Of a stretch of 64,000 nt of DNA, positions 41,001 through 50,368 are shown piece after piece. The stretch is from positions 32,001 to 96,000 of the forward strand of contig CAVXYC010000029.1 of assembly GCA_963765765.1 (NCBI GenBank), in the 5' to 3' direction. The DNA is from an uncultured Chloroflexia bacterium (GTDB taxonomy: Bacteria > Chloroflexota > UBA6077 > JACCZL01). The stretch's first letter is position 1; each line of letters starts with the position of its first letter. Under the pieces are notes generated by a model. It was not told the origin of the DNA. It did no database searches and worked only from the letters and a program-made list of their open reading frames with translations. The position numbers and the translations under genes are program-made.

Positions 41001-41075
41001 AAAATCTGTCAAAATCTATCAATCTCTTCGGAAATGCTTCAGAGATAGCTTATGTCGTCGGTATTGAAGCGTCAA
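41001..41075 (-). promoter_or_regulatory. sigma70-type promoter of the tetrapyrrole operon with downstream 10-bp direct repeats
   Basis: Minus strand TTGACG (41075-41070), 17 nt, TAAGCT (41052-41047). Plus-strand repeats AAAATCTGTC 41001-41010, AAAATCTATC 41011-41020 and degenerate GAAATGCTTC 41031-41040. Confidence 0.65.
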
Positions 41076-41202
41076 GAACGCCCGGTTGTATCTGGCTGAG
41101 CGTCACCATGATTTCATAGATACGCGTCCAATCGATACGCGTTCAATCGAAGTTGTCTGGCGTCGGTCTAGGGGACGAAAGCCCTGATAAGATCTACGGC
41201 CT

Positions 41203-42273
41203 ATGCGTGTACTGCTCGCGGGCGGCGGATCCGGAGGCTCGGCAACGCCGGTTCTCGCGGTCGCGGAAAAGCTTCGGGCTCGAGACTCGTCCAGCGAGCT
41301 TCTGTACGTTGGCACGAGCACGGGGCCGGAGCGTGCGCTGGTGGAATCTGCTCGAATCCCATTCCGGAGTGTCCCGAGCGGTAAGCTGCGTCGGTACTTC
41401 GATTTGCAGAACGTCTGGGATGTTGCGAATGTAGGTCGCGGCATGACCCATTCCTTCGGGATCGTTCGCCAATTCAAACCAGATGTCGCCTTCGGAGCAG
41501 GCGGCTTCGCCTGCGTGCCACCTCTCTGGGCCGCGCGGCTATCCAACGTGCCCGTGGTCATTCATCAACAGGACGCCATTCCGGGACTGGCGAATCGCCT
41601 ACTTGTACCAGCCGCCACGTCTATAAGCGTGACCTTTCAGGAGACAATCCACCACTTCCCGAAATCTAAGACGTGGCTCAGTGGGAACCCCGTACGCCAG
41701 TCCGTATTGGAGGGCGACCGCGATCGATTCTTCGCCCGATTCGATCTCGACCCACAACGTCCGCTGGTCCTCATCACGGGAGGGGGTACCGGCGCCCTGC
41801 GACTCAATCAGCTCGCGGCTCAGGCCTCGGAACGGCTGATTCAGCATGTACAGGTGGTACATCTGACAGGGCAGGGGCGGGAGGTTGAAGTCCAGTTTCG
41901 CTCCCCGCACTACCTGCAGCGCGCATTCCTCATTGACGAGATGGCTGACGCTTTGCACGCCGCGACCGTCGTCGTGTCCCGCGCGGGACTTGGAACGCTG
42001 AGTGAGATCGGCGCCCTGGGGCTGGCTGCGATTGTGATACCTATGCCAGGCTCACATCAACTGGCTAATGCCAGGGCGTTCGCTGAGCGCCGCGCCGCTG
42101 ACGTGCTGAACGAGGAGACGCTCACGTCGGACGTGCTTGCTGATCGCGTTTTTCGTCTGATCGCCGACGTTGAGATGCGAGCGGCCCTGGGGGAAGCGGC
42201 CAGGCGTCTGCTCCCCCTTGATGCGGCAGATCGGGTGGCTGATCGCATCCGGGAGCTAGTGGTTGACAGCTAA
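41203..42273 (+). CDS. murG: undecaprenyldiphospho-muramoylpentapeptide N-acetylglucosaminyltransferase
   Basis: AGGGSGGSATP, GKLRRY, GGFACVP, HQQD..PGLAN, GNPVR, TGGGTGA, SRAG, HQLANA. Confidence 0.88.
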   Translation: MRVLLAGGGSGGSATPVLAVAEKLRARDSSSELLYVGTSTGPERALVESARIPFRSVPSGKLRRYFDLQNVWDVANVGRGMTHSFGIVRQFKPDVAFGAGGFACVPPLWAARLSNVPVVIHQQDAIPGLANRLLVPAATSISVTFQETIHHFPKSKTWLSGNPVRQSVLEGDRDRFFARFDLDPQRPLVLITGGGTGALRLNQLAAQASERLIQHVQVVHLTGQGREVEVQFRSPHYLQRAFLIDEMADALHAATVVVSRAGLGTLSEIGALGLAAIVIPMPGSHQLANARAFAERRAADVLNEETLTSDVLADRVFRLIADVEMRAALGEAARRLLPLDAADRVADRIRELVVDS

Positions 42274-44516
42274 CGCGAGACGAGCTGCGGCTCCGTCGCT
42301 TGCACCTCTTCCACGATGATCTTCAGTCCTCCGTTGGCTGACGTCTCAACGTCAATACCATTGCCGGTTTGGTGAACCGAAATGTCGATCGATGCACCTG
42401 CGACACGAAGATTTTTCATCTCAACGATCGTCACTCCGGCTGGCAGGAGGGGCCGCACGGTCATGCGCCGCCGAGGTGCATCCACATCCAGACCAAGTAC
42501 GCTCTGGACAATCAAGAACACACTCGCGGCCGCCCAAGCCTGTGGGCTGCACGAGACCGGGTACTGAGCAGGCATGGAGAAGTAGCGACGGTCCCTGGCG
42601 AAACCGCAGTAGACCTCTGGAAGGCGGTAACTTGGAAATCGGACCGCCGCGTCAATGACTTCGCCGGAAAGAATTGCAGCCTCATAGTCGAATCCGGCTC
42701 GTTTAAGGCCCGCGATGATGATCGAGTTGTCGTGCGGCCAAACGCTGCCGTTGTGATAACTCATCGGATTGAAGTTGGGCTCGTGACTGCTGAGTGTCCT
42801 GATCCCCCAACCACATCGCAGATCTTCAGACATCATGCGTCGCACCACGGTGGCACGAAGCTCCTCAGGGATGATGCCGCTCCAGATGTTGTGGGCCGCA
42901 TTGGAGCCAATCGCATGTATCTGCTCCTTCTCCGGACCCAATGCCATGGCAAAGTAGGAGTCGTCCTTCATCCAAAACCGCGCGAGATAACGCTCCTGCA
43001 ATAGTCGAGCTGCCTGGGTCTGCTCTTCGGCCCGATCAGTCAGCCCAAGGAGCTGGAAGAGATCAGCCATGCGCATCCGCGCATCGTAGACATAACCCTG
43101 GACTTCGCTGAGCGCAATTGGGGGTTCAACGGGTCGGCCATCGCGATATGAGATCGAATCGTGCGAGTCCTTCCAGCCCTGGTTTCGTATGCCAGTTTCA
43201 GAGCGTGAGCAATATTCGATGAATCCGTCACCGTCCTGGTCACCGTAGTTATCAATCCAACCGATCGCGGCATCGATATGCGGCAGCATCGACCGCGCAA
43301 AACCCATGTCGCCCGTCCATCGAACGTACTCGCTGAGTGTGATCAGGAAGAGAGGCGTTGCATCCACGCTCCCGTAATAAGGCGTATGTGGGACCTTGCC
43401 GAGATTGGCAACCTCCCCCATGCGAATCTCATGGAGAATCTTGCCCGGCTCCTCGTCGCGCCAGTGGTCGACACGTGAGCCTTGATATTTGGCCAGAAAT
43501 CGGAGCGTCGCGTAGGCGATGTTGGGATGCAAAGGAAGCGATTGCAGCGCCGTAATGAGACTGTCTCGGCCGAACGGGACACTGAACCAGGGGATTCCCG
43601 CCGATGGCAGATATCCATCCGGCACCTGATCGCTGAGCAGCCGGAGGTCACTTGCCGAACGACGGATGACCGCGTTGAGCAGTTCATTGTCGGTACGGAT
43701 GACGGTACTGCTATCGGCCCACACCGTATACGAATCGCGGATGAGTAGGAACTCCTGGTCAAGCGTTAAGCCGCGCGACCCGGGGCTCTCGATTGCCTCA
43801 TCCTTGATGTGTGGCTCTATCAGCGTGGTGATCACACGATATTGCGAGGGTGGAATCTCCAGCCGAAAGTGGACGTCAGCCCAGGCCGGATCCACCCGCG
43901 TATCCACACGCGGATCGCCAGCACCGCTAATGCCGGGCAGCTCCCTCAGGTCATTACTGATCGGCTCGGGCGTATGGCAGGTAAGTCCAGTGGGTTCTCG
44001 GTCGAATTTGACAATTGTTTCACGCTCGGTGCCATCCAGACCGCGGTACCCGAAGACGAGCTGACCGTCACTCGACGCCGGTGCGGAAATCTCACCGAAC
44101 TCAGTTCGTTTGAGATAACCGCGCACATCGAACATGTCTCGAAAGTCGGAACCTAGTCGTAGTACGACGTCGAAGGTAACGGCGTGGGAGTTGTAGTTGA
44201 AAAATCCCAGACGCTCATGGAGACCGTTATGAAGAAATCGATTGCGGCGGATGCTAACCGTGCGCGGCGGCACGAGATTCCCTGTTGAGTCCACGAGCCG
44301 AGGGTTCGCAAACTGAAGGTTGGTCATGAAATTGTGCTCGCCCGATGCGCTGAGAAGCTGGGGCTGAGCGCCGTTGATCTGGAGCTCAAAAATGCTCAGA
44401 AACCGTGTGTCGCGCCAGTACAGTCCCTGACCGTCAATATTTCCTGACCGAACATCGCCGCTTGGATCAGTCACCAGAAACATCTGGTTCTCTTTCAGCA
44501 CCGATCGATCAATCAC
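42270..44516 (-). CDS. amylo-alpha-1,6-glucosidase / glycogen-debranching family glycoside hydrolase
   Basis: GLYWRDTRFLS, AGIPWF..FGRDSLI, EEPGKILHE, YYGSVDATPLF, NQGWKDS, YHNGSVWPHDN, RLPE, CSPQAWAA. Confidence 0.92.
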   Translation of the reverse strand: MIDRSVLKENQMFLVTDPSGDVRSGNIDGQGLYWRDTRFLSIFELQINGAQPQLLSASGEHNFMTNLQFANPRLVDSTGNLVPPRTVSIRRNRFLHNGLHERLGFFNYNSHAVTFDVVLRLGSDFRDMFDVRGYLKRTEFGEISAPASSDGQLVFGYRGLDGTERETIVKFDREPTGLTCHTPEPISNDLRELPGISGAGDPRVDTRVDPAWADVHFRLEIPPSQYRVITTLIEPHIKDEAIESPGSRGLTLDQEFLLIRDSYTVWADSSTVIRTDNELLNAVIRRSASDLRLLSDQVPDGYLPSAGIPWFSVPFGRDSLITALQSLPLHPNIAYATLRFLAKYQGSRVDHWRDEEPGKILHEIRMGEVANLGKVPHTPYYGSVDATPLFLITLSEYVRWTGDMGFARSMLPHIDAAIGWIDNYGDQDGDGFIEYCSRSETGIRNQGWKDSHDSISYRDGRPVEPPIALSEVQGYVYDARMRMADLFQLLGLTDRAEEQTQAARLLQERYLARFWMKDDSYFAMALGPEKEQIHAIGSNAAHNIWSGIIPEELRATVVRRMMSEDLRCGWGIRTLSSHEPNFNPMSYHNGSVWPHDNSIIIAGLKRAGFDYEAAILSGEVIDAAVRFPSYRLPEVYCGFARDRRYFSMPAQYPVSCSPQAWAAASVFLIVQSVLGLDVDAPRRRMTVRPLLPAGVTIVEMKNLRVAGASIDISVHQTGNGIDVETSANGGLKIIVEEVQATEPQLVSR

Positions 44517-44736
44517 AGGTAACTAGACACCTCGGAGCGTGAATACTGGATCGCCACCAACTTGAGTTGGACGAGCACAGCTGGACGAGGTCACGGTTTG
44601 GGAATGTCACCGTGGTGCGCATCAAGCATGCCCGTGCCTCGGGGGGATGCCTGACCGGCTTGTTTAAGTATGACAGGTTTGGATGGGCCAATTTTATCGG
44701 CCCGTTTCCACCACGATATCTGAGAGCTGGACCGGT

Positions 44737-46017
44737 TCAGTCCCCGTCCGCGTTGAGAACGATCATGTCTTCGCGACTTTCGCCAATGCCGACGTGTGTA
44801 ATCGGAACGCGCATAAGAGACTCAAGCCGCTTGACGTACGTCTGCGCTTCGAGCGGCAGCTCGTCCCACTCGCGGACATGCGCAACGGGCCGACTCCAAC
44901 CGGGTAGCGTCTCGTAGATCGGCACGCAGCGATCGAGCTCCTCAACACTTGACGGCATGTGATGAATCGTCACGCCGTCTAGCTCATAGGCAACGCAGAC
45001 CTTGAGCTCCTCCAGCTTGTCCAGGATGTCCAGTCGAGTGAGAACGATCCCGTCGAATCCGTTTACGATCGCCGAATGCCGCCCGACGACGGCATCGAAC
45101 CAGCCGCATCGTCGAGGACGCCCCGTCGTGGTTCCGTACTCATGTCCTTCTTCGCGTAGGAAGGTCCCCACGTCGTCGTCCAGCTCAGTGGGCATGGGGC
45201 CGGTTCCGACGCGCGTTGAGTACGCCTTGAATACTCCGAGTGCCTGACTGAGATATCGCGGTCCAATACCGGCGCCAAGGCAGAGCCCAGCCACAGTCGG
45301 TGATGATGAAGTGACGTAAGGGTACGTTCCGTGATCCAGGTCAAGAAGAGATCCCTGCGCCCCCTCGATGAGTATCGTCTCGTCGCGATCGATCGCATCC
45401 TGGATTGCCATCGAGACTTCGCCAATCTGGCCGCGCAGTCGGTCGGCGATGGCGAGGTAGCTCGCGCAGATGTCCTCGACGGAGAGCGTGAGGCCGGCAG
45501 TGCCGAGAATAGGTGCAATATGTTCGGCCGCGTGAGCGACTTTCGAGCGGAAGCGGTCTGGGTCCAGAAGGTCCCCCGCACGAATCCCTTTACGGCTTAC
45601 CTTATCGACGTATGTCGGACCAATTCCGCGACCTGTCGTCCCAAGCCCACCATCTCCGCGCTCTTCCTCTTGAAGACTGTCCAGCAGGACGTGGTAAGGA
45701 AGAATGAGATGCGCACGGTCGGAGATACGCAGATTTCCGGTCTGAACGCCACGTGCGTGCAGCTCATCAAGCTCGGCCACGAGCGCGGTGGGGTTGAGTG
45801 CGACTCCAGGCCCTATGACGCAGAGAGTTGACGGATTGAATATGCCGGCGGGCACGAGGTGCAGCGCGAATTTCCCCTGAGGGTTGACGATGGTATGTCC
45901 CGCGTTGTCACCACCTTGCGCACGAATGACAACATGGGCCTTGCCGGCAAGCATGTCAATGACCTTGCCCTTCCCCTCGTCACCCCACTGGCCTCCGACA
46001 ACTGCATAAACCGGCAT
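44737..46017 (-). CDS. purA: adenylosuccinate synthetase
   Basis: GGQWGDEGKGK, GGDNAGHT, GTTGRGIGP, EGAQG, YPYVTSS, GTTTGRPRRCGWFD. Confidence 0.97.
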   Translation of the reverse strand: MPVYAVVGGQWGDEGKGKVIDMLAGKAHVVIRAQGGDNAGHTIVNPQGKFALHLVPAGIFNPSTLCVIGPGVALNPTALVAELDELHARGVQTGNLRISDRAHLILPYHVLLDSLQEEERGDGGLGTTGRGIGPTYVDKVSRKGIRAGDLLDPDRFRSKVAHAAEHIAPILGTAGLTLSVEDICASYLAIADRLRGQIGEVSMAIQDAIDRDETILIEGAQGSLLDLDHGTYPYVTSSSPTVAGLCLGAGIGPRYLSQALGVFKAYSTRVGTGPMPTELDDDVGTFLREEGHEYGTTTGRPRRCGWFDAVVGRHSAIVNGFDGIVLTRLDILDKLEELKVCVAYELDGVTIHHMPSSVEELDRCVPIYETLPGWSRPVAHVREWDELPLEAQTYVKRLESLMRVPITHVGIGESREDMIVLNADGD

Positions 46018-46269
46018 CCTACCCCCATCTCGCGCAATGGCGCGGGAATTATACGGTCAAGGTGTTTACGCCAATGTCACGCGACAACCGCGGTGGTCCT
46101 TCCAGTGCATTGTGGTTGTTGGCCACACAGCAGTCCTGTACGGCTCAGCGCTGGGACGCTCATGATGGCGTCACGAGGAAGCTGCCACCACACTAACTTC
46201 AAATTCAAAGACCGATCGCAGACGACACCGCGATCACCCGAGCCGGAGCTCAGCGAGACTCGTGCGAAT

Positions 46270-47295
46270 CTATCGGGATGAGCTCGCGGCGGCTTCCTCA
46301 CGGGCGGTGTAGTTCCGACGATAGTACTCCTGGAAGCTGGCGTCCTTCAGCCGTCGCCACCACGCCTCGTTCGCTACGTACCAGTGCACCGTCCGCTCCA
46401 TCGCCGCTGCGAAATCTCGTTGCGGCGCCCACCCCAGCGCGCGCGTCTTCGACGAATCCACGCTGTAGCGACGGTCATGGCCGGGGCGATCCGGGACGAG
46501 CTTCTTCAGGCTCGCGGGCTTCCCTAGGATACTCAGAATGGCGTCGGCCACCTGGTGGGTGTTGATGGCGTGCCCGGCCCCGACGTTGTAGATCTCCCCG
46601 GGCGTGCCGCGCTCTAGCACGGTGGCGATCGCCGTGCAGTGATCGGCCACGTCGATGTAGTCGCGTAGCGCCCCGCCATCGCCATAGATCGGCAGCGGCA
46701 GATCGTCGATGGCGTTGGTGGTGAACAACGGGACCACCTTCTCGGGGTACTGGTTGGGCCCGATCGTGTTGGCCCCACGGGTGATCAATACCGGCAGTCC
46801 ATGGGTCACGCCATAGGCGCGCACCATCAGGTCCCCGCCGGCCTTGCTGGCGGCATACGGGCTGCGCGGCTCGAGCGGATCGTCCTCCGTGGATGCCCCC
46901 ACCGGCACGTGTCCGTAGACCTCGTCGGTGCTCACCTGCAGGTACCGCTGCAATCCGTGCCGCCGCGCGGCATCGAGCAGCACCCAGGTGCCCTCGACGT
47001 CGGTCCGGATGAACCCGCCGGCATCCAGAATCGAGCGATCCACGTGCGTCTCGGCGGCGAAGTTCACGATCACGTCCTGGCCGGCCAGCACTCCATCCAC
47101 CAGAGCCGGATCGGCAATGTTCCCGTGGACGAAGGTGTAGCGCGGCTGCCCCTCGAGATCCGCCAAATTGGCGCGATTGCCAGCGTAGGTCAGCGCATCC
47201 AGGACTGTCACGTGCGCCCCGCGCTGCGTCGCGAGCAGGTGATGCACAAAGTGCGAGCCGATGAAGCCGGCGCCCCCGGTAATGACGACCTTCAT
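46270..47295 (-). CDS. rfbB: dTDP-glucose 4,6-dehydratase
   Basis: TGGAGFIGS, DALTYAGN, NFAAETHVDRSI, STDEVYG, PYAASKA, PEK, DRPGHDRRY. Confidence 0.95.
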   Translation of the reverse strand: MKVVITGGAGFIGSHFVHHLLATQRGAHVTVLDALTYAGNRANLADLEGQPRYTFVHGNIADPALVDGVLAGQDVIVNFAAETHVDRSILDAGGFIRTDVEGTWVLLDAARRHGLQRYLQVSTDEVYGHVPVGASTEDDPLEPRSPYAASKAGGDLMVRAYGVTHGLPVLITRGANTIGPNQYPEKVVPLFTTNAIDDLPLPIYGDGGALRDYIDVADHCTAIATVLERGTPGEIYNVGAGHAINTHQVADAILSILGKPASLKKLVPDRPGHDRRYSVDSSKTRALGWAPQRDFAAAMERTVHWYVANEAWWRRLKDASFQEYYRRNYTAREEAAASSSR

Positions 47296-48092
47296 GACGC
47301 GACAGCCTCCGCCGCGGCTGGTCCCGGGGGGGCGCATCGGTCGGGTCGATCTCGGTCGGTGGCGGTGCCGCCCCGCGCCCGCTCGGCCAGGAAGCGGAAC
47401 GTCTCGTAGTAGGTCTCGATTGATTCGCCGGCATCGCCCCACCAGCCGTCCAGGATGTCGTACTCCATGGCCCCGCGGTCGATATAGGCGTTATTGACGT
47501 CCGTCACTTCGAGCTCCCCACGGCCCGAGGGGCTCAGGGTGGTGAGGATGTCCCAGATGGCGGCGTCATACAGATAGATGCCGGTGACCGCGTAATGGGA
47601 GCGCGGGAATTGCGGCTTCTCCTGAATGAAAAGAATCCGCTCGCCCTCGATGATCGGCACGCCGTAGCTCTGCGGATGCGCGACCTCGGTCAGCAGGATC
47701 CGCGCGCCCTGGGCTTGCCGCTCGAAGTTGTCCACGGAGGCCTTGATGCTGCGGTCGACGATGTTATCGCCGAGCATGACGACGACCTTGTCGCCATCGA
47801 CAAAGCGCTTGGCCAGACCGATCGCCTCGGCGATGCCGCCGGCACGCTCCTGGTAGGCGTAGTTGAGCTGGCGCAGGCCGAACTCGTGGCCGTCGCCGAG
47901 CAGGCGCAGGAAATCACCGGCATTGTTGCCGCCGGTGACCAGCATCACCTCGTCGATGCCGGCGTCGGCCAGCGTCTGCAGCGGGTAGTAGATCATCGGC
48001 TTGTCGTACAGCGGCAGCAGGTGCTTGTTGGTGATCCGGGTCAGCGGATGCAGCCGCGTCCCCGAGCCGCCTGCCAGAATGACGCCTTTCAT
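47292..48092 (-). CDS. rfbA: glucose-1-phosphate thymidylyltransferase (short SpsI/RfbA type)
   Basis: KGVILAGGSGTRLHPLT..NKHLLP.YDKPMIYYP, LGDN, EKP, PSGRGELEVTD, WWGDAG. Confidence 0.92.
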   Translation of the reverse strand: MKGVILAGGSGTRLHPLTRITNKHLLPLYDKPMIYYPLQTLADAGIDEVMLVTGGNNAGDFLRLLGDGHEFGLRQLNYAYQERAGGIAEAIGLAKRFVDGDKVVVMLGDNIVDRSIKASVDNFERQAQGARILLTEVAHPQSYGVPIIEGERILFIQEKPQFPRSHYAVTGIYLYDAAIWDILTTLSPSGRGELEVTDVNNAYIDRGAMEYDILDGWWGDAGESIETYYETFRFLAERARGGTATDRDRPDRCAPPGPAAAEAVAS

Positions 48093-48126
48093 TGAGTAGA
48101 ACCTCCTGTGCTCCTCACCGGTCGAA

Positions 48127-48819
48127 TCAGCTTCGAGCGGTATAGCGTTCTAAGATCGTGGATGGTCGTACATCGTTGAGTACGACCCCCAGAATGCGTG
48201 CCTTCACCTGCTCTAACTGGCGCTTGGCACTCTGCGATGACTCGCGACGCGTGTGCCCCGAGCGAAGCACCAGTAGCACTCCATCGCTTCTAGGAGCGAT
48301 CTGTGCCGCGTCAGACACCAGCCCGATTGGGGGAGTGTCGACTAAGACAATATCAGCCCGCTCCTTCAGGCCCTCCCAGATGGAGTCCAGGCGGGCCGAG
48401 CCGAGTACTTCAGCCGGGTTGGGTGGGAGCGGCCCGGTTGGCACGAGACTGAGGCCCGGAATTGCAGTCGGATGAATGGAGTCGTCCAGACTTCCACCGA
48501 GCAGTGCATTGGTGAAGCCGGGCGATTGGGGACCACCGATGAGCGCATGCAAGGTGGGTGAGCGAAAATCGCAGTCCACGGCCAAGACCGTCTTTCCAGA
48601 TTCAGCCATCGCCACCGCGAGATTCGCAAGTACAGTCGACTTGCCGTCATTCGCACCCGCACTCGTGATCACGACCGTGCGGATTGGCGCATCGAGCCCG
48701 GAGAACTCGAGATTGGTGCGAAGCGTTCGATACGCCTCTGCCGCCGCGGAGTGGGGGTCGATCGCGGTGACGAGCCGCCGGCTATCTTCGGTCTGTGCCT
48801 TCGCTCCAAATAATGGCAT
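48127..48819 (-). CDS. CpsD/CapB-family bacterial tyrosine kinase, cytoplasmic subunit
   Basis: AEAYRTLRTNL, Walker A GANDGKST, DCDFR.P, GPLPPNPAE, VDTPP, ILGVVLN. Confidence 0.9.
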   Translation of the reverse strand: MPLFGAKAQTEDSRRLVTAIDPHSAAAEAYRTLRTNLEFSGLDAPIRTVVITSAGANDGKSTVLANLAVAMAESGKTVLAVDCDFRSPTLHALIGGPQSPGFTNALLGGSLDDSIHPTAIPGLSLVPTGPLPPNPAEVLGSARLDSIWEGLKERADIVLVDTPPIGLVSDAAQIAPRSDGVLLVLRSGHTRRESSQSAKRQLEQVKARILGVVLNDVRPSTILERYTARS

Positions 48820-49544
48820 CAGGTGGGGCTCCCTTGGGCTGCGATTGAGCTCGGCTCGGTGTTCCTGAGCTGCAATGCGATAGCATCGGCGGGGGCCGGG
48901 ATCGACGCCAGCGTGGCGAGGTTCAATCGGCGAGTCACGTCCTCAGCGGAATTGATCGTGTCGTTCACATAGGCAAGAAGCAATGCCAGGAGCGCGCCGA
49001 AGGCGATGCCGAGCCCGGTAGCCACCGGTACAATGGCTCGAGTTTGCGGCCAGACCAGGACTGCAGAAGTCGGACGGTCCAGCATGGATACTACCGTTCT
49101 CTCTGACTGAGGAACTCCCTGATTGCGAGCCGCGTGCTGCTCCTCGAATACGCGTGCGAACTCCAATGCCAGCCGTTCCGCCATTGTCGGGTCCGTATCA
49201 TCTACTTCGATCAGCACCTGAACGTTGTCGACGATGGCTTCCGCGCGCACCTTGCTCAGCAGGCGGTCCGGTCCCAGGTCAAGACGCAGACGTTGGTCGA
49301 CTTCGCGCGCGACTTCTGTAGTGCGAACTCGCTGCGCCAGCGGACGCAGTGTCTTCTCTACGGCGAGCTGGGCTCCGTAATCGAAACGCCCTGAAAGTTC
49401 GAGGCGCACACTCGAGCGATAGATCGGCGTCTGGATGCGCGAGTAGAGGAGGGCGAAGCCGGTCGCCGCGACAGCGGCTACGACAACCACCCACCAATAC
49501 TGTCGCAATGCATTGAAGACGTCTGAAGGACGGAGCTGAATCAT
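48819..49544 (-). CDS. Wzz/CapA-type polysaccharide chain-length determinant
   Basis: N- and C-terminal TM helices, TPIYRSS, DTINSAEDV..L.LATLASIP. Confidence 0.8.
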   Translation of the reverse strand: MIQLRPSDVFNALRQYWWVVVVAAVAATGFALLYSRIQTPIYRSSVRLELSGRFDYGAQLAVEKTLRPLAQRVRTTEVAREVDQRLRLDLGPDRLLSKVRAEAIVDNVQVLIEVDDTDPTMAERLALEFARVFEEQHAARNQGVPQSERTVVSMLDRPTSAVLVWPQTRAIVPVATGLGIAFGALLALLLAYVNDTINSAEDVTRRLNLATLASIPAPADAIALQLRNTEPSSIAAQGSPT

Positions 49545-49618
49545 GCGGCGTTCAAGCGCTCCACTCGCCGCCACTATACGAGCGGCCCCACAGTAGTGAC
49601 AATTGATGCTTCCGATCG

Positions 49619-50335
49619 CTATGGGAGGGATCGCTGCTTGGGAATCTCACCGATGACCGGCCATTTGAGTAAATCTTCAACCTCTCGTCGGGTGCGTAGC
49701 CGATCGTCCAGATATTCAAGAAGGAATGCCAGTCCCACCGCCAACAGGAACCCGATTGCCGTCCGCAGAAGGATTTCTCCAATGAGCGCGGCCCCTCCTG
49801 ATGCCCGAGCGAGCGAGGGACGGTTGATGATACGGACCAGGCCGTTGTTCGCTTGCAGCATTCCCATGTAGTCGCCGAGCCGAGAATTGAGAACTCGCTC
49901 ATACGCTTCAGCGATTGCCAGCGTACCAGGGCCCTCTGAGCCACAGATGCTCAGATCGAGCATACGGTGGGTCTTTTTGGTCCTGGCGACATTTGCAAGT
50001 GTCGCTGGATCGACCCTGAAGCCCATCTCAGCACTCACGTCCTCGGCAAACGCCTGGCTTCTTACGAGCTCGCTCAGGTCGTCGGCGAGGTATTCGGAAG
50101 CCAGCCATGGGTAGTAATTGTCGTATCCATAGTAACCCTCGCGCCGCGGTTCGGGTACCACGCTGACAGCCATTCGCATATTCGCTTGAAAAGCGCAGGG
50201 ACCCCGCCAGGCCGCAAGGGAAGCGGCGGCGAATGAAAGGGCCGTGATAGCGGCAATGAGCCACCATCGACGGCGAAGAACGGACGCGTAGTGTGAAAGC
50301 TCCAAAGGGCTCAATCCAATTTCTGGGACGCGCAA
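49619..50335 (-). CDS. second Wzz/CapA-type chain-length determinant
   Basis: LRRRWWLI TM start, C-terminal TM and LEYLDDRLRT..EVE.LL.WPVIGEIP. Start uncertain. Confidence 0.8.
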   Translation of the reverse strand: MRVPEIGLSPLELSHYASVLRRRWWLIAAITALSFAAASLAAWRGPCAFQANMRMAVSVVPEPRREGYYGYDNYYPWLASEYLADDLSELVRSQAFAEDVSAEMGFRVDPATLANVARTKKTHRMLDLSICGSEGPGTLAIAEAYERVLNSRLGDYMGMLQANNGLVRIINRPSLARASGGAALIGEILLRTAIGFLLAVGLAFLLEYLDDRLRTRREVEDLLKWPVIGEIPKQRSLP

Positions 50336-50368
50336 CTATACCGACAGGGGATAGACGCTTACAACGAG

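Noticed and set aside
46018-46269. Purine or ZTP riboswitch upstream of purA
   Set aside because: No matching consensus. A TATAAT on the minus strand at about 46049-46054 suggests a short leader.
46475-47434. Long alternative-frame ORFs (319 aa here; also 51974-52888, 34940-35713, 17211-17999, 56319-57101)
   Set aside because: They fully overlap well-supported genes, are Arg/Pro/Gly-rich or motif-free, and are expected shadow ORFs in GC-rich DNA.
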